Of a stretch of 36,414 bases of DNA, positions 1-10,934 are shown one piece after another. Both the position numbers and the translations under genes were made by a program. Numbering within the stretch: position 1 is the first letter of the stretch; every line of letters starts with the position of its first letter. Below the pieces are notes generated by a model, which was not told where the DNA came from, searched no databases, and was given only the letters and a program-made list of their open reading frames with translations. Source of the stretch: Chiloscyllium plagiosum (taxonomy: Eukaryota); contig NW_025214719.1 in assembly GCF_004010195.1 (NCBI RefSeq), positions 8,991-45,404 of the forward strand, written 5' to 3'.

Positions 1-199
1 GGGTAAAAAGCGATCTCGAGGTTGTGAACAGTTTTGTTCACGGATGGTTGTGAGGGAGTGGTCTGCAATTCATGGATAATGAATGGAGACTGCAATTGAA
101 ACTGAAGACAACAGTTTCTTTCTCTGACAAATATAGATAACAGAATTTGCAACGAAGTTCAAATTTGTTTATGGAATTAATGATTGGACAGAGGTAGCG

Positions 200-533
200 A
201 ACACCAGCAATAGTGATAATAGGTTAGTAGCACACCGTCCACCCCGCCCAGAAAAATCACAAGCACTGCTGATATCCGATATGGTAGAAATTCCTAATAG
301 GGCGAAATCTTGAAAAGACTCAAGGAAACTCTCCTCTCCATTGTTGTAATGTTCCAATCCACTATTCTCAGGTTCAGATCTGTCCTCTCTCTGTCTACAC
401 AGCTGTTGATCTCTGTTACTGTTGGAGCTGATGCATCTGCTACTACAGTGGGATAGCGCACTGAATGAAGCCCCTCACCAATAGGAGAGGGAAACCCTCC
501 AGTGACACAGTTACATTGCATGGAGACTGACAT
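200..533 (-). pseudogene. Pseudogenised first exon of a GPR139-like GPCR (paralog of 30397-30763)
   Basis: ORF 294-533 (MSVSMQCNCVTGGFPSP...DWNITTMERR) aligns with the N-terminus of ORF 30077-30763. A TAG at 294-296 is followed by a frameshift, then Y*PIITIAGV (TAA at 224-226) where the paralog has YYPVLAIVGV. The GTAAGT donor is absent. Confidence 0.75.
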
Positions 534-1015
534 TAATCACAGTCACTGAGCAACAGTCCCAGCTTTCAATACAGCACATTCAGTTCACAATATGACTGGA
601 CTGGACTACATGTTGGCATTGCTGGCTATTGGTCAAATCTCCCATCACCAATTGCTCTAGTGAAGGTAGTTGTGAGGGAGAATGATGGATGTTATCTTTT
701 CATAGGCTACATGATTCTGCTTTGTTGTCCGTTTACAATGCTGTAACCATCTCTCCCCAAATCCATCCACCTCCCAAAAGAATCACAATCAGGATGTTAT
801 TACTGTGCTGTTCTCTCCTCCACGGGAACAAACGCTAGCGAACAAACTGTCACTGGGCACAGTTGCCCTGAACATAGATAGGAAGTGAAGACTTCTCTGA
901 AAGTTCCTCTCATTGCTCTAAAAAGTCAACTTTGGAACTTCCATAGAGAATATGCTTCAGTAATTAATTTATACAAATTGACAAACTTCTAAGTGCAGTT
1001 TTATTTGCTGCAAAG
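534..1015 (-). promoter_or_regulatory. Upstream region of the pseudo-exon, homologous to 30764-31250; contains a CCAAT motif
   Basis: GCTGGCTATTGGTCAAATCTCCCATCACCAATTGCTCTAGTGAAG (621-665) is close to 30857-30901. ATTGG at 628-632 reads CCAAT on the minus strand. Function is inferred from position and conservation only. Confidence 0.4.
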
Positions 1016-1369
1016 CAGTATTGTTTTTTACACATTTTGGCCTCAGTCCAAAACCAAAAATGATAATTACAATGAACTTAATCATTAAGGTTTATGAATT
1101 AATGAGTCAGGTTCGAATGAACGTGACATTGGCTACGAGATAAGGCAGAATGGGGGCAGTGGCTGTGGAGACAGCATGGGGAGTACAATGATAGTCCCCA
1201 GTCATCATCACTCTTTCTGACAGACAGAATTAAATCTAATGCACAACAGGGAAACAGCCAACATTTGGGAAATGTAATGCTGAATGACAATGTGATCTGA
1301 ACAGGATAATTTTAAATGTGACGAAATGAGTAATATTTTATATACACACCATTTAATCTTTGGGTATAC

Positions 1370-1510
1370 AGATTGAGTAAGGTCACAGGACCTGAAACAT
1401 TAACTTTGATTTCTCTTCACGATACTGCCAGACCTGCTGAGCTTGGCCTCTAAGTTCTGTTTTTCTTTTTGTTTTAGATTGATCATATTGTTCATATCTG
1501 GCAGGATACT
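1370..1510 (+). mobile_element. Degenerate PLE terminal-repeat (pLTR) fragment
   Basis: GGTCACAGGACCTGAAACATTAACTTTGATTTCTCTTCACGATACTGCCAGACCTGCTGAG resembles the pLTR seen at 1910-2010 and 11701-11793. Confidence 0.55.
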
Positions 1511-1834
1511 TACAATTAAAAGCAGACACTAATAACAAAATGTGAAGAGCTAAGGGGACAATACAGGAGACGTTCAGCAGAGATATAGTCATTCCAAGCT
1601 GGAAGAGACAATGGGCTGAGTTTCCCCCACTTTTGCTGTAAATAATTCTATGATATGTAATCAAAGCCTTTAGAGAGGGGGTAGACACGCTAATTCAATG
1701 AAGGATATAGAGTGCTCCACCATCAATAATCTATTCCTAATATCTCATGAAATTTCAGCTGGCTCTGAAATGTCTTTTCAAACAAAGTGGAGTTCCTGAG
1801 ATTTACAGGATATTCAGAAGAAATGCAAAGAGAA

Positions 1835-3313
1835 AATGGTGGAGAAACGCGACAGATGAGGAAGTATCTGCAGAGAGAAACAGAGTTGATATATCGAATA
1901 TGATGTGACACTGTTCTGAAAAAGTCATATTGGAATCAAAGGTTAATTCTGTGTATCTCTGCTCAGAGGGTGCCAGACCTGCTGAGTTTCCTTCATTCGA
2001 TTTCTTTTTCTTTCTGAACTGTGACAAATTGACTGATCTGAACGATATAAGCAAAGCTGCTATCTCAGTTGAATATCGAATATTTTGTTATGGACATTAA
2101 ATTAGAAATTACAAGTTCCTATGTTTCACAGGGCTCTCAATATCGATGACGTATTGCATTGTGAGACAAAACCATTGTGATGCACTGCCTTTTGCATAGG
2201 TACATCTTGGATATTCCGTGAAGTGGTCACCCAGTCTACCTTTAGTTTCCCCAGTGTAGGGCAGACCACAATGTGAGCAGCGATTATAGCAGACCGGATT
2301 GTGGGAAATGTTTTTAGGATGCTGCTTCACCTGGGAGGTATGTTTGGCCCCTTCATTATTGAGGGGGGAATAGGTAAATGGGAAATGTAACATCTCTGGC
2401 AGGAGAAAGTGAAGTGGACTTGTGGTGGGGGTAGCGGAGGTGGGGGTGTGGAGGTATTGGGAGTGAATAACGAGCGGACCTGGGTGTCCTGGAGGAAATG
2501 ATCCTTCAGAATACGGAAAAGGGAGAGGACGGAAACATGTGTCGAGTGTGGCATCTCGCTGGAGGTGGGGGAAATGAGGACTGATGGTTCTCTGCATGTG
2601 TATGCTGGTGAGATGGTAGTTAAGGACAAGGGGAACTCTAACGCTGTTGCAAGAGGCTGAAGGTAGAAGTGCAGGAGATGGATCTGAACTGGTTGATGGC
2701 CCTGTCGATAACAATGCTGGGGAATTCTCGGGTGAGGAAGAAAGTGGACATTTCAGAGGCCACGTTTTTGTAGTTGACATCATCAGAAGCAATGCGGTGG
2801 AGACGGAGGAACTGAGAGACTTAAATGGAGTCTTTGCAGGAAACAGGGAGTGAGGATGTATACTCCAGGTAGCTGTGGGAGTTGGTGGGTTCATACTGGA
2901 TAACAGTGACCGGCATATCCCTAGAAATAGAAGCAGAGATGTCGAGGAAAGGAAGGGAGGAGTCAGAGGTAGATCAGGTGAAAGTAAGGGAGGGGTGCAA
3001 TTTGGAAACGATGAACTTTTCTAATTTTGGACAAGAGAGAGGAGCAGCAGCGTTGATATAATCCAAGTATCGGAGAAAGAGTTATGGATGGGGGCTGGAA
3101 TAGAACTGGAACAAGGAATGGTCTACGTACCCCATGAAGGAACAGATATAACTTGGGCCCACGTGTGTATCCATGCACCTCCTGTGCATGGCAGAAGCAG
3201 GCTGAAGCAATGGGTCTGCCCAGGCCGTTCTGTTTGTGGATTTTCAGGAGGAGATAAAAGCGATCTCTGCTATGAGAGGACCATCATCTTCGGGACTGTT
3301 CGGTGGGGGTGAG

Positions 3314-3348
<35 letters not shown>

Positions 3349-3719
3349 GTGTCGGGGTGGGAGTGGTGGTGGCGAGTGGGTGGGAATCTCCAGATGACGT
3401 GTGGTCAGACTTAGTTAATAAAATAACCTGATGTGCCATGTGGGGTCATGGACAAGTAGGTGATATGTGGAGGTATCTGAGAGCTGGCACTCAGCATCAG
3501 AAATGTAGAGGTGAGTCCACCAGACTACAGCAGCACCTCCCTTATCGGCACAGGCTGAATAACGTAGTCAGGGTTGGATCGAAGCATACAGCGTACAGTC
3601 TGTTCAAAGGGCTTTAGGTTTGATAGGGTGAGGGGGATACAGAGAATTTAAGACAACCAAACTCACATGGAGCGTTCTCAAGGAACAGATTGAGTTCAAG
3701 TAAACGCCAGAGGAATGGG
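1835..3719 (-). mobile_element. Decayed Neptune-clade Penelope-like element (RT, GIY-YIG, palindromic pLTR end)
   Basis: ORF 2109-2894 contains NPVCYNRCSHCGLPYTGETKGRLGDHFTEY (GIY-YIG remnant). MDTRVGPSY near 3170 corresponds to the RT motif MGTRMGPSY. Head-to-head pLTR halves lie at 1835-2040. Many frameshifts. Confidence 0.85.
3314..3352. repeat. (GT)n microsatellite
   Basis: About 19 GT units with one interruption. Confidence 0.95.
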
Positions 3720-4438
3720 NNNNNNNNNNNNNNNNNNNNNNNNNNNNNNNNNNNNNNNNNNNNNNNNNNNNNNNNNNNNNNNNNNNNNNNNNNNNNNNNN
3801 NNNNNNNNNNNNNNNNNNNNNNNNNNNNNNNNNNNNNNNNNNNNNNNNNNNNNNNNNNNNNNNNNNNNNNNNNNNNNNNNNNNNNNNNNNNNNNNNNNNN
3901 NNNNNNNNNNNNNNNNNNNNNNNNNNNNNNNNNNNNNNNNNNNNNNNNNNNNNNNNNNNNNNNNNNNNNNNNNNNNNNNNNNNNNNNNNNNNNNNNNNNN
4001 NNNNNNNNNNNNNNNNNNNNNNNNNNNNNNNNNNNNNNNNNNNNNNNNNNNNNNNNNNNNNNNNNNNNNNNNNNNNNNNNNNNNNNNNNNNNNNNNNNNN
4101 NNNNNNNNNNNNNNNNNNNNNNNNNNNNNNNNNNNNNNNNNNNNNNNNNNNNNNNNNNNNNNNNNNNNNNNNNNNNNNNNNNNNNNNNNNNNNNNNNNNN
4201 NNNNNNNNNNNNNNNNNNNNNNNNNNNNNNNNNNNNNNNNNNNNNNNNNNNNNNNNNNNNNNNNNNNNNNNNNNNNNNNNNNNNNNNNNNNNNNNNNNNN
4301 NNNNNNNNNNNNNNNNNNNNNNNNNNNNNNNNNNNNNNNNNNNNNNNNNNNNNNNNNNNNNNNNNNNNNNNNNNNNNNNNNNNNNNNNNNNNNNNNNNNN
4401 NNNNNNNNNNNNNNNNNNNNNNNNNNNNNNNNNNNNNN
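3720..4438. other. Assembly gap (719 N)
   Basis: Run of N. Confidence 1.
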
Positions 4439-4588
4439 TCTTAAGGAAGAAACAGATTTCGGCCGTAACACAGGTGTCACAGACACAACAACTACAATAG
4501 GAACAGGAAAGGACGACATTGTCCACATATAACCAAATTCAGCATGTAACCCTGTCAAGAACCATGAAATATAGTGATACGGAAACAT

Positions 4589-6208
4589 GAAATGCAAAGA
4601 GAAAATGGTGGAGAAACGCGACAGATGAGGAAGTATCTGCAGAGAGAAACAGAGTTGATATATCGAATATGATGTGACACTGTTCTGAAAAAGTCATATT
4701 GGAATCAAAGGTTAATTCTGTGTATCTCTGCTCAGAGGGTGCCAGACTTGCTGGGTTTCCTTCATTCGATTTCTTTTTCTTTCTGAACTGTGACAAATTG
4801 ACTGATCTGAACGATATAAGTAAAGCTGCTATCTCAGATGAATATCGAATCATTTGTTATGGACATTAAATGAAAAATTACAAAGTTCCTATGTTTCACA
4901 CGGCTCTAAATATCGATGACGTATTGCATTGTGAGACAAAACCATTGTGATGCACTGCCTTTTGCATAGGTACATCTTGGATATTCCGTGAAGTGGTCAC
5001 CCAGTTTACCTTTAGTTTCCCCAGTGTAGGGCAGACCACAATGTGAGCAGCGACTATAGCAGACCGGATTGTGGGAAATGTTTTTAGGATGCTGCTTCAC
5101 CTGGGAGGTATGTTTGGTCCCTTGGATATTGAGGGGGGAATAGGTAAATGGGAAATGTAACACCTCCGGCAGGGGAAAGTGAAGTGGACTTGTGGTGGGG
5201 GTGGGGGAGGTGGGGCTGTGGAGGTATTGGGAGTGATTAACGAGCGGACCAGGGTGTCTTGGAGGAAATGATCCTTCAGAAGGCGGAAAAGGGAGAGGAG
5301 GGAAACATGTCTCTAGTGTGGCATCTCGCAGGAGGTCGGGGAAATGAGGACTGATGGTTCTCTGCATGTATATGCTGGTGAGATGGTAGTTAAGGACAAG
5401 GGGAACTCTAACGCTGTTGCAGGAGGGAGGAAAGAAGCTGAAGTTAGAAGTGCAGGAGATGGATCAGAACTGGTTGAGGGCCCTGTCGATAACAATGCTG
5501 GGGAATTCTTGGGTGAGGATGAAGGTGGACATTTCAGAGGCGACATTTTTGTAGTTGACATCATCAGAAGCAATGCGGTGGAGACGGTGGACCTGAGAGA
5601 ATTAATTGGAGTCTTTGCAGGAAACAGGGAGTGAGGATGTATACCTCAGGTAGCTGTGGGAGTTGGTGGGTTCATACTGGATAACAGTGACCGGCCTATC
5701 CCTAGAAATAGAAGCAGAGATGTCGAGGAAAGGAAGGGAGGAGTCAGAGGTAGATCAGGTGAAAGTAAGGGAGGGGTGCAATTTGGAAACGATGAACTTT
5801 TCTAATTTTGGACACGAGAGAGGAGCAGCAGCGTTGATATAATCTACGTATCGGGGGGTGGCGAGTGGGTGGGAATCTCCAGATAAAGTGTGGTCAGACC
5901 TAGTTAATAAAATAACCTGATGTGCCATGTGCGGTCATGGACAAGTAGGTGATATGTGGAGGTATCTGAGAGCTGGCACTCAGCCTCAGAAATGTAGAGG
6001 TGAGTTCACCAGACTACAGCAGCACCTCCCTTATCGGCACAGGCTGAATAACGTAGTCAGGGTTGTATCGAAGCATACAGCGTACAGTCTGTTCAGAGGG
6101 CTTTAGGTTTGATAGGGTGAGGTGGATACAGAGAATTTAAGACAACCAAACTCACATGGAGCGTTCTCAAGGAACAGATTGAGTTCAAGTAAACGCCAGA
6201 GGAATGGG
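4589..6208. repeat. Tandem duplication, copy B
   Basis: Collinear with 1820-3719. At about 5855 it lacks the segment holding the GT microsatellite. Confidence 0.95.
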
Positions 6209-6720
6209 TCCAGGTGGAGGGAGAGTGTTGGAACTGGGCGAAAGGTCTATGGGATGGGGAGTGTACTCTTGCACAAAAAAATGGACATTGAGGAGAAGAC
6301 GGTGGAAGAGGAATTCAACATTATGTCGTGAATGAAATTCATTAAAGTGGGAGCACAGAGGGTTAAAGCGGAGACCTTTTCTGAGTACAGAACATTCAGC
6401 ATTAGAGCGAAGAAGGTTAGGAGGGATGGTGAATACACGACAGGAGGTGGGCTTGGGGGAGGGGATGGACTCAGATTGCAGGGCATGGGTGGAATGGCAG
6501 GTTCCAGAGGCTCGTACGCATCTCTAGGTTATTCCAACTTGTGGGCCTCGTGTATCTGGCGAGCACGGCGAATGAACTGGAGAATGAAGTAGAATTGGGG
6601 AATGGTGCAGCCTTGAGCCAATGTCATGGCGAATCAACTGGAGTATGAAGTAGAATTGGGGAATGATGCAGCCTTGAGCCAATGTGATGCGATGCTGTTG
6701 AACAGAGAAAATGTTGATCT
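4604..6720 (-). mobile_element. Decayed Neptune-clade PLE (duplicate of 1835-3719, extending further 5')
   Basis: ORF 4906-5367 contains CSHCGLPYTGETKGKLGDHFTEY. PLE-like sequence continues to about 6720; that boundary is approximate. Confidence 0.8.
6567..6688. repeat. 61-bp tandem duplication (2 copies)
   Basis: GGCGAATGAACTGGAGAATGAAGTAGAATTGGGGAATGGTGCAGCCTTGAGCCAATGTCAT at 6567 recurs at 6628 with about 4 mismatches. Confidence 0.9.
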
Positions 6721-6914
6721 CAGTGGCAACGACACTGCACGACCAGTCCTCAGAAAGTAAACAATTGAAAATAATCGGAACTATTATCTTATTGTAATGC
6801 TCTGATTTCATTGGGGTGACACTCAACCAGCAAGGTCTTACTTTTCTGAGATTTTAGACCAAACTGTGAAAACAGAATGTATCTTGATGTTATTAATAAG
6901 ACAAATCCATCCAT

Positions 6915-7130
6915 GGTTTTGGAAGGCACTAGCAAGAGCAGAGTTTATTTGTCATTCCCAATAGCTCTAGGGAAGGTGTCATTATTCATCGAGGAAATTA
7001 CCAGCACAGAATTTCCTCCAATTCCCGTTGACCGCAGTTTCCTGAGGATCAATGATGCTACATGAGTCAAATACTAATTTAATGGCAAGGGAAGTTACTC
7101 TGATCTCACCTCAACTGACATTGGAAAATC
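6915..7130 (-). mobile_element. Highly decayed SacSINE1/Deu-SINE-like or L2-tail fragment
   Basis: AGCAGAGTTTATTTGTCATTCCCAATAGCTCTAGGGAAGGTG resembles the reverse complement of the L2-type tail at 29040-29128. Confidence 0.4.
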
Positions 7131-8269
7131 AGTTAAAATACTAAAGAGAAAAAGGCATAGTTGAACAATGTGGTCACTGTCCTCGCAACTTTAAGGACAA
7201 ACAGATGCATGGACTTTTGATTCTGAGGAGAGGTTTGTCCTCTTTGGGATGAGGCTGTTTAGTTAAGCGCTGTGACAGAGAGACTGAAAAAGTCCCACTC
7301 TCCATGGGGAAAAAGAACACCTTATTCACGGTGCATTGGACAATGACAGACATGCACTATTGTCTGTTCCTATTGGGCATTGATCATCTCAAACTCATCA
7401 TTCACTGCTGATCAATAGCAGCACAGAAGCCAGCAGCTCCCATCACCCCAGTTGGAAATCAAAAAGGGGTAAGGGATGGCCAGTGGAAGTGGGAGTAACT
7501 AGGGAACTGGTGTAACTTACAGTGGGAGTGGCAGAATAAGGGTGTGAAGAGATTCCATCAGTGGAAGAGAATGTGGCAGCAGAAGGGGTAGTTCAAGGGA
7601 AGTAGGAGTGTAAAGAAAGAGTAGGAAGAGGAGGAAGAATGGCTAATGAAGTTTTAGTGCCACGGAAAAGCTAGTTTTTGGAAAAGTGAGGTTGGGTGAA
7701 AACCACGACTGTTCAGGAAAATTGGGAACTGATTCGATTGAAAATTAAGATTTGATGTACTTCTTTTTCTATCACTTGATTCTTCATCAGATTGTACATT
7801 TACTCTGTGGTTTTGTATCTCCATCAAATGCAGGTGACGTGTTTTTTTTCTCCCCTGGTGTTGTGTCTCAACATTATTGATTTTTTAACAGTATGTATTT
7901 GCTTCCGATTCAAGGTAGACATAAGAATATGATTTGATCTCCTGCAGTTTGTCCATAACATCGAATTTAATTGAATATTTATCCTCATCACATTAGCTGA
8001 TTCAAGCAATGAGTCTGTGCCCATCCTGCAGATGCAAAATTTCTTCAGTTCTGACTATTGTTCCAAAGAACAGTACCATACAAAAGGCTAACGTTCCAGT
8101 GCAAAGTGCCAAACCGTAGTTAATCCTAAATTTGTTACAAGCTTTATGAATAAGACATGCTGAGGGACAGAGTGTAAACGCTGAATTTAACTTTGTGTCG
8201 AAAATGGTATTTGCAGCACCCTCATAATAGGTGTTAACTACATCACTCTGTAAATTTCCCAAAAGAAGA

Positions 8270-9225
8270 ATAACAAGAGACTGGAATTCTGAATTCTTCT
8301 TCTGTGAATAAAATCTGGAGAACAGGAAGGAAATCAAGGATTTTGTGTGATATTCATAAATGATGATGGTGAGAATGTGGAAGATGGATGACAGTGGAAT
8401 GATAACTAATGTTGGGGATGACACAAAGATTAAATGGGTGCTTCAAAGTGAGGAGGAAAGGATGAGGCTACAGGACGAGATAAACAGACGGTTTCTATAA
8501 CCAGATCAATTGCCATTGAAGTTTAACACGACAAATGTAAGATGATGCACATCTGAATTAACAAGACAAGTGAGTGTTCAAACTGTGAAAAGCAAGGGCT
8601 AAATTTGCTCCTTTTTACTTTGCAAAAGGGAAGGTTGAGTAGTGAACCTGGTACAGATGAACAAAAACATAAGGGGTATGGATAGGATGAACAGACAGCA
8701 ACTGTTTCCCTTACTCGAAGTGTCAATAACAAAGGGACACATACTTAAAGTGAAAGACAGGTGATTGAGAGAGGATTTGTGGAGTCTGTATTGAACTGAG
8801 AGGGTGGCACAGACATATATTATAAAATGCATACCATGTGGAAATAGGCCCTTCAGCCCAACAAATCCACACTGACCCCCAAAGAGTAACCCACCCAAAC
8901 ACGTTCCTCCTATTTTTACCCCTGACTTATGTACCTAACCTACACATCCCTGAACATATTCGGCAATTTAGCATGGCCAATTCACTTAACCTGCGTACCT
9001 TTGGATTGTGGGAGGAAACTGGAGTAGACACGGGGAGAATGTGCAAAACCATACAGGCAGTCACCCGAGGCTGGAATCAAACCTGGCTCCCCAGCGCTCT
9101 AAGGCAGGTGTGCTAACCACTAAGCCCCCGTTCTGCCCCTGGTAACATGTGTCTAGAATGCATTTCCTTGGCGGGTGATTGATCAGATAATCTCACAAAC
9201 CTATAGAAAGTTCTTTGGACATGCA
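8270..9225 (+). mobile_element. CR1 LINE 3' RT fragment interrupted by an HE1 SINE
   Basis: ATATTCATAAATGATG...GATGACACAAAGATT (IFIND / DDTKI motifs), AAATGTAAGATGATGCAC (KCKMMH) and CR1-type 3' sequence GTCAATAACAAAGGGACACATACTTAAAGTG. Confidence 0.65.
8830..9138 (-). mobile_element. HE1-type V-SINE
   Basis: Reverse complement of the 16759-17052 element: AGGCCCTTCAGCCCAACAA...GGCAATTTAGCATGGCCAATTCAC...TGCTAACCAC. Confidence 0.85.
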
Positions 9226-9269
9226 CTTGGTGGTGCAAACTCGCGTTTTCATTCAATTATTCTATGTGG

Positions 9270-9740
9270 TGGCAGCCACGAACACTCAGATATATTCTGA
9301 AGCAATAACTAATGGCAGTTCCAAGTTCGTTCCATTGACTACTCAGTAAATGAGTCTCCAGTGAAGTGCTGGTGTTATTTCCCACTTTCTTTTTAAGTGT
9401 TTCGGTTTCCTTGAGTTGGTAATGCAACTTCCTGTATCGATGATGTCATTTCCGGCCCTTTTTCTCAGAGGATGGTAGACGGAGGCAAAAGTGACGTGTT
9501 TGTTGACGGTGTTCCGGTTGGAATGGCATGATTCTAGGAATTCATGTGCTTGTCTCTGTTTGGCCTGTCCTAGAATGGATATGCAGACCTAGTCAAAGTG
9601 GCGTACTTCCTCATCAGTACGTAAGAAATTAGTGTTGGGATCATGTCTTTTGAGGCTAGTTGATGTTCATAAATCCTGGAGACTAGTTTTCTGCTTGTTT
9701 TTCCGTTGAAGTGTTTGTTACACTTCTTGCAAGGCTTATT
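9270..9740 (-). mobile_element. Decayed Poseidon-clade PLE 3' end (GIY-YIG plus terminus)
   Basis: ORF 9570-9788 PCKKCNKHFNGKTSRKLVSRIYEHQLASK matches PCKDCTKHYIGQTGRQLTVRIHEHQLATK at 34908-35105. Confidence 0.75.
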
Positions 9741-10934
9741 GTTCCTGGAGCTGAACAGACAAAGATGTGAATTTATTGCGGTGCTCACAAGTATGAAAAA
9801 AAGTTGCAGAGCAGAAAAAGAATACTCTTATTAGTTGGCATTACAGCATCAAGGAATTCTAATTTCAAGGTTGTCAGCAAACGAGCTAGGAGTGAAACAA
9901 GGAAAAAATTCTATATTTAGGGAGTTGTTACGAATTGGAATTGACTGGCTGGGAAAGTTGTGGATGAATATTCAAAAGAGAACTGGATATATATTTGGAA
10001 ATTATGAATTTAACGGGAAACAAAGAGAGGGCTGGCAAATGGGAGGTGCTTGGGAGACATTTTTGGAGCTGATGCATAAACGGCCAATGGCCTCCTCCTG
10101 TGCTTTACAGTTGTACTCAATCATGTACCAGCTGTGAATAAAAGTCAGTATCCAATTATTTCACAGTGTTAATGCTCGCAAATATCTGCTTATTTGATGC
10201 AGCATAAGCATTTAAAATGCAAGTATTGCAAGGTCAGCTTCATTATGAAATCTAATTATTAATCATAACATGAATATTTTACATGTTGTATTCCAATTAC
10301 TCAAACAAATATATCATTGCTTTGTCACAAAGTTCTTTGGAAGGCTCGGATTTTTCATTGACACGATATTATGTTCGTTGCTTTTGTTTTCACTCTCAAC
10401 ATTTCATATTAAACATCATTCATTTTAAAAATTGGACGTTTTAAAATTATTGTTCACCAAACTTTGATAACACAAATAATTTATTTAGTTTAATATTCCC
10501 AGTCCATTTTGAATATTTCCATTTTTAAATGCTGGCAAATAGCTGAAGATCGTACATTTCAGTGAGAAATTAAACTGATTGCTTATATATGAATGTATAA
10601 GAATGCTAATTCTATTTGTATATTTAATCGTTTGCTCATTCTGAACATGTAATCATTCAGAAGCCAACATTGCTTTGAATCCTGACATTGAATATCTAAT
10701 TCTGATCAGCACAAGAGTTATGTTGTTTCTTCGATAAAATAAAATGTACATGCTTTATTTCTGTATTAGAAAATCTTGACAGGAGTTTATATTTTAGTTC
10801 CATAAATATAGAATCAACACAATTGATTTAAGCGATTATAGTTCAGTTGAATGATTATCGTTCACATCTTATTTTTTGCCCAATTCATGAAATATAGCAA
10901 ACATCCGATTAATGTTCGGGTCAGTAAACTCAAT

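Larger units (their letters stand above)
1820..3719. repeat. Tandem duplication, copy A (copy B is 4589-6208)
   Basis: Both copies start GAAATGCAAAGAGAAAATGGTGGAGAAACGCGACAG and are collinear at roughly 95% identity up to the gap. Copy A carries about 290 extra bp (about 3074-3365). Confidence 0.95.

Noticed and set aside
3614..4597. Long ORFs of 261-327 aa
   Set aside because: They consist almost entirely of X from the N gap.
6567..6688. CRISPR-like repeat
   Set aside because: Only two adjacent units with no spacer, in a vertebrate context.
7480..7650. Purine-rich tract
   Set aside because: Low-complexity, with no periodicity or coding signal that I can support.
8002..8424. Hydrophobic 140-aa ORF as the missing GPCR exon 2
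   Set aside because: No DRY/DRF, TM2 DL or TM7 N..IY motifs, and its 5' part is antisense CR1 sequence.
10140..10900. AT-rich tract as a regulatory or matrix-attachment element
   Set aside because: Composition alone gives no specific support.
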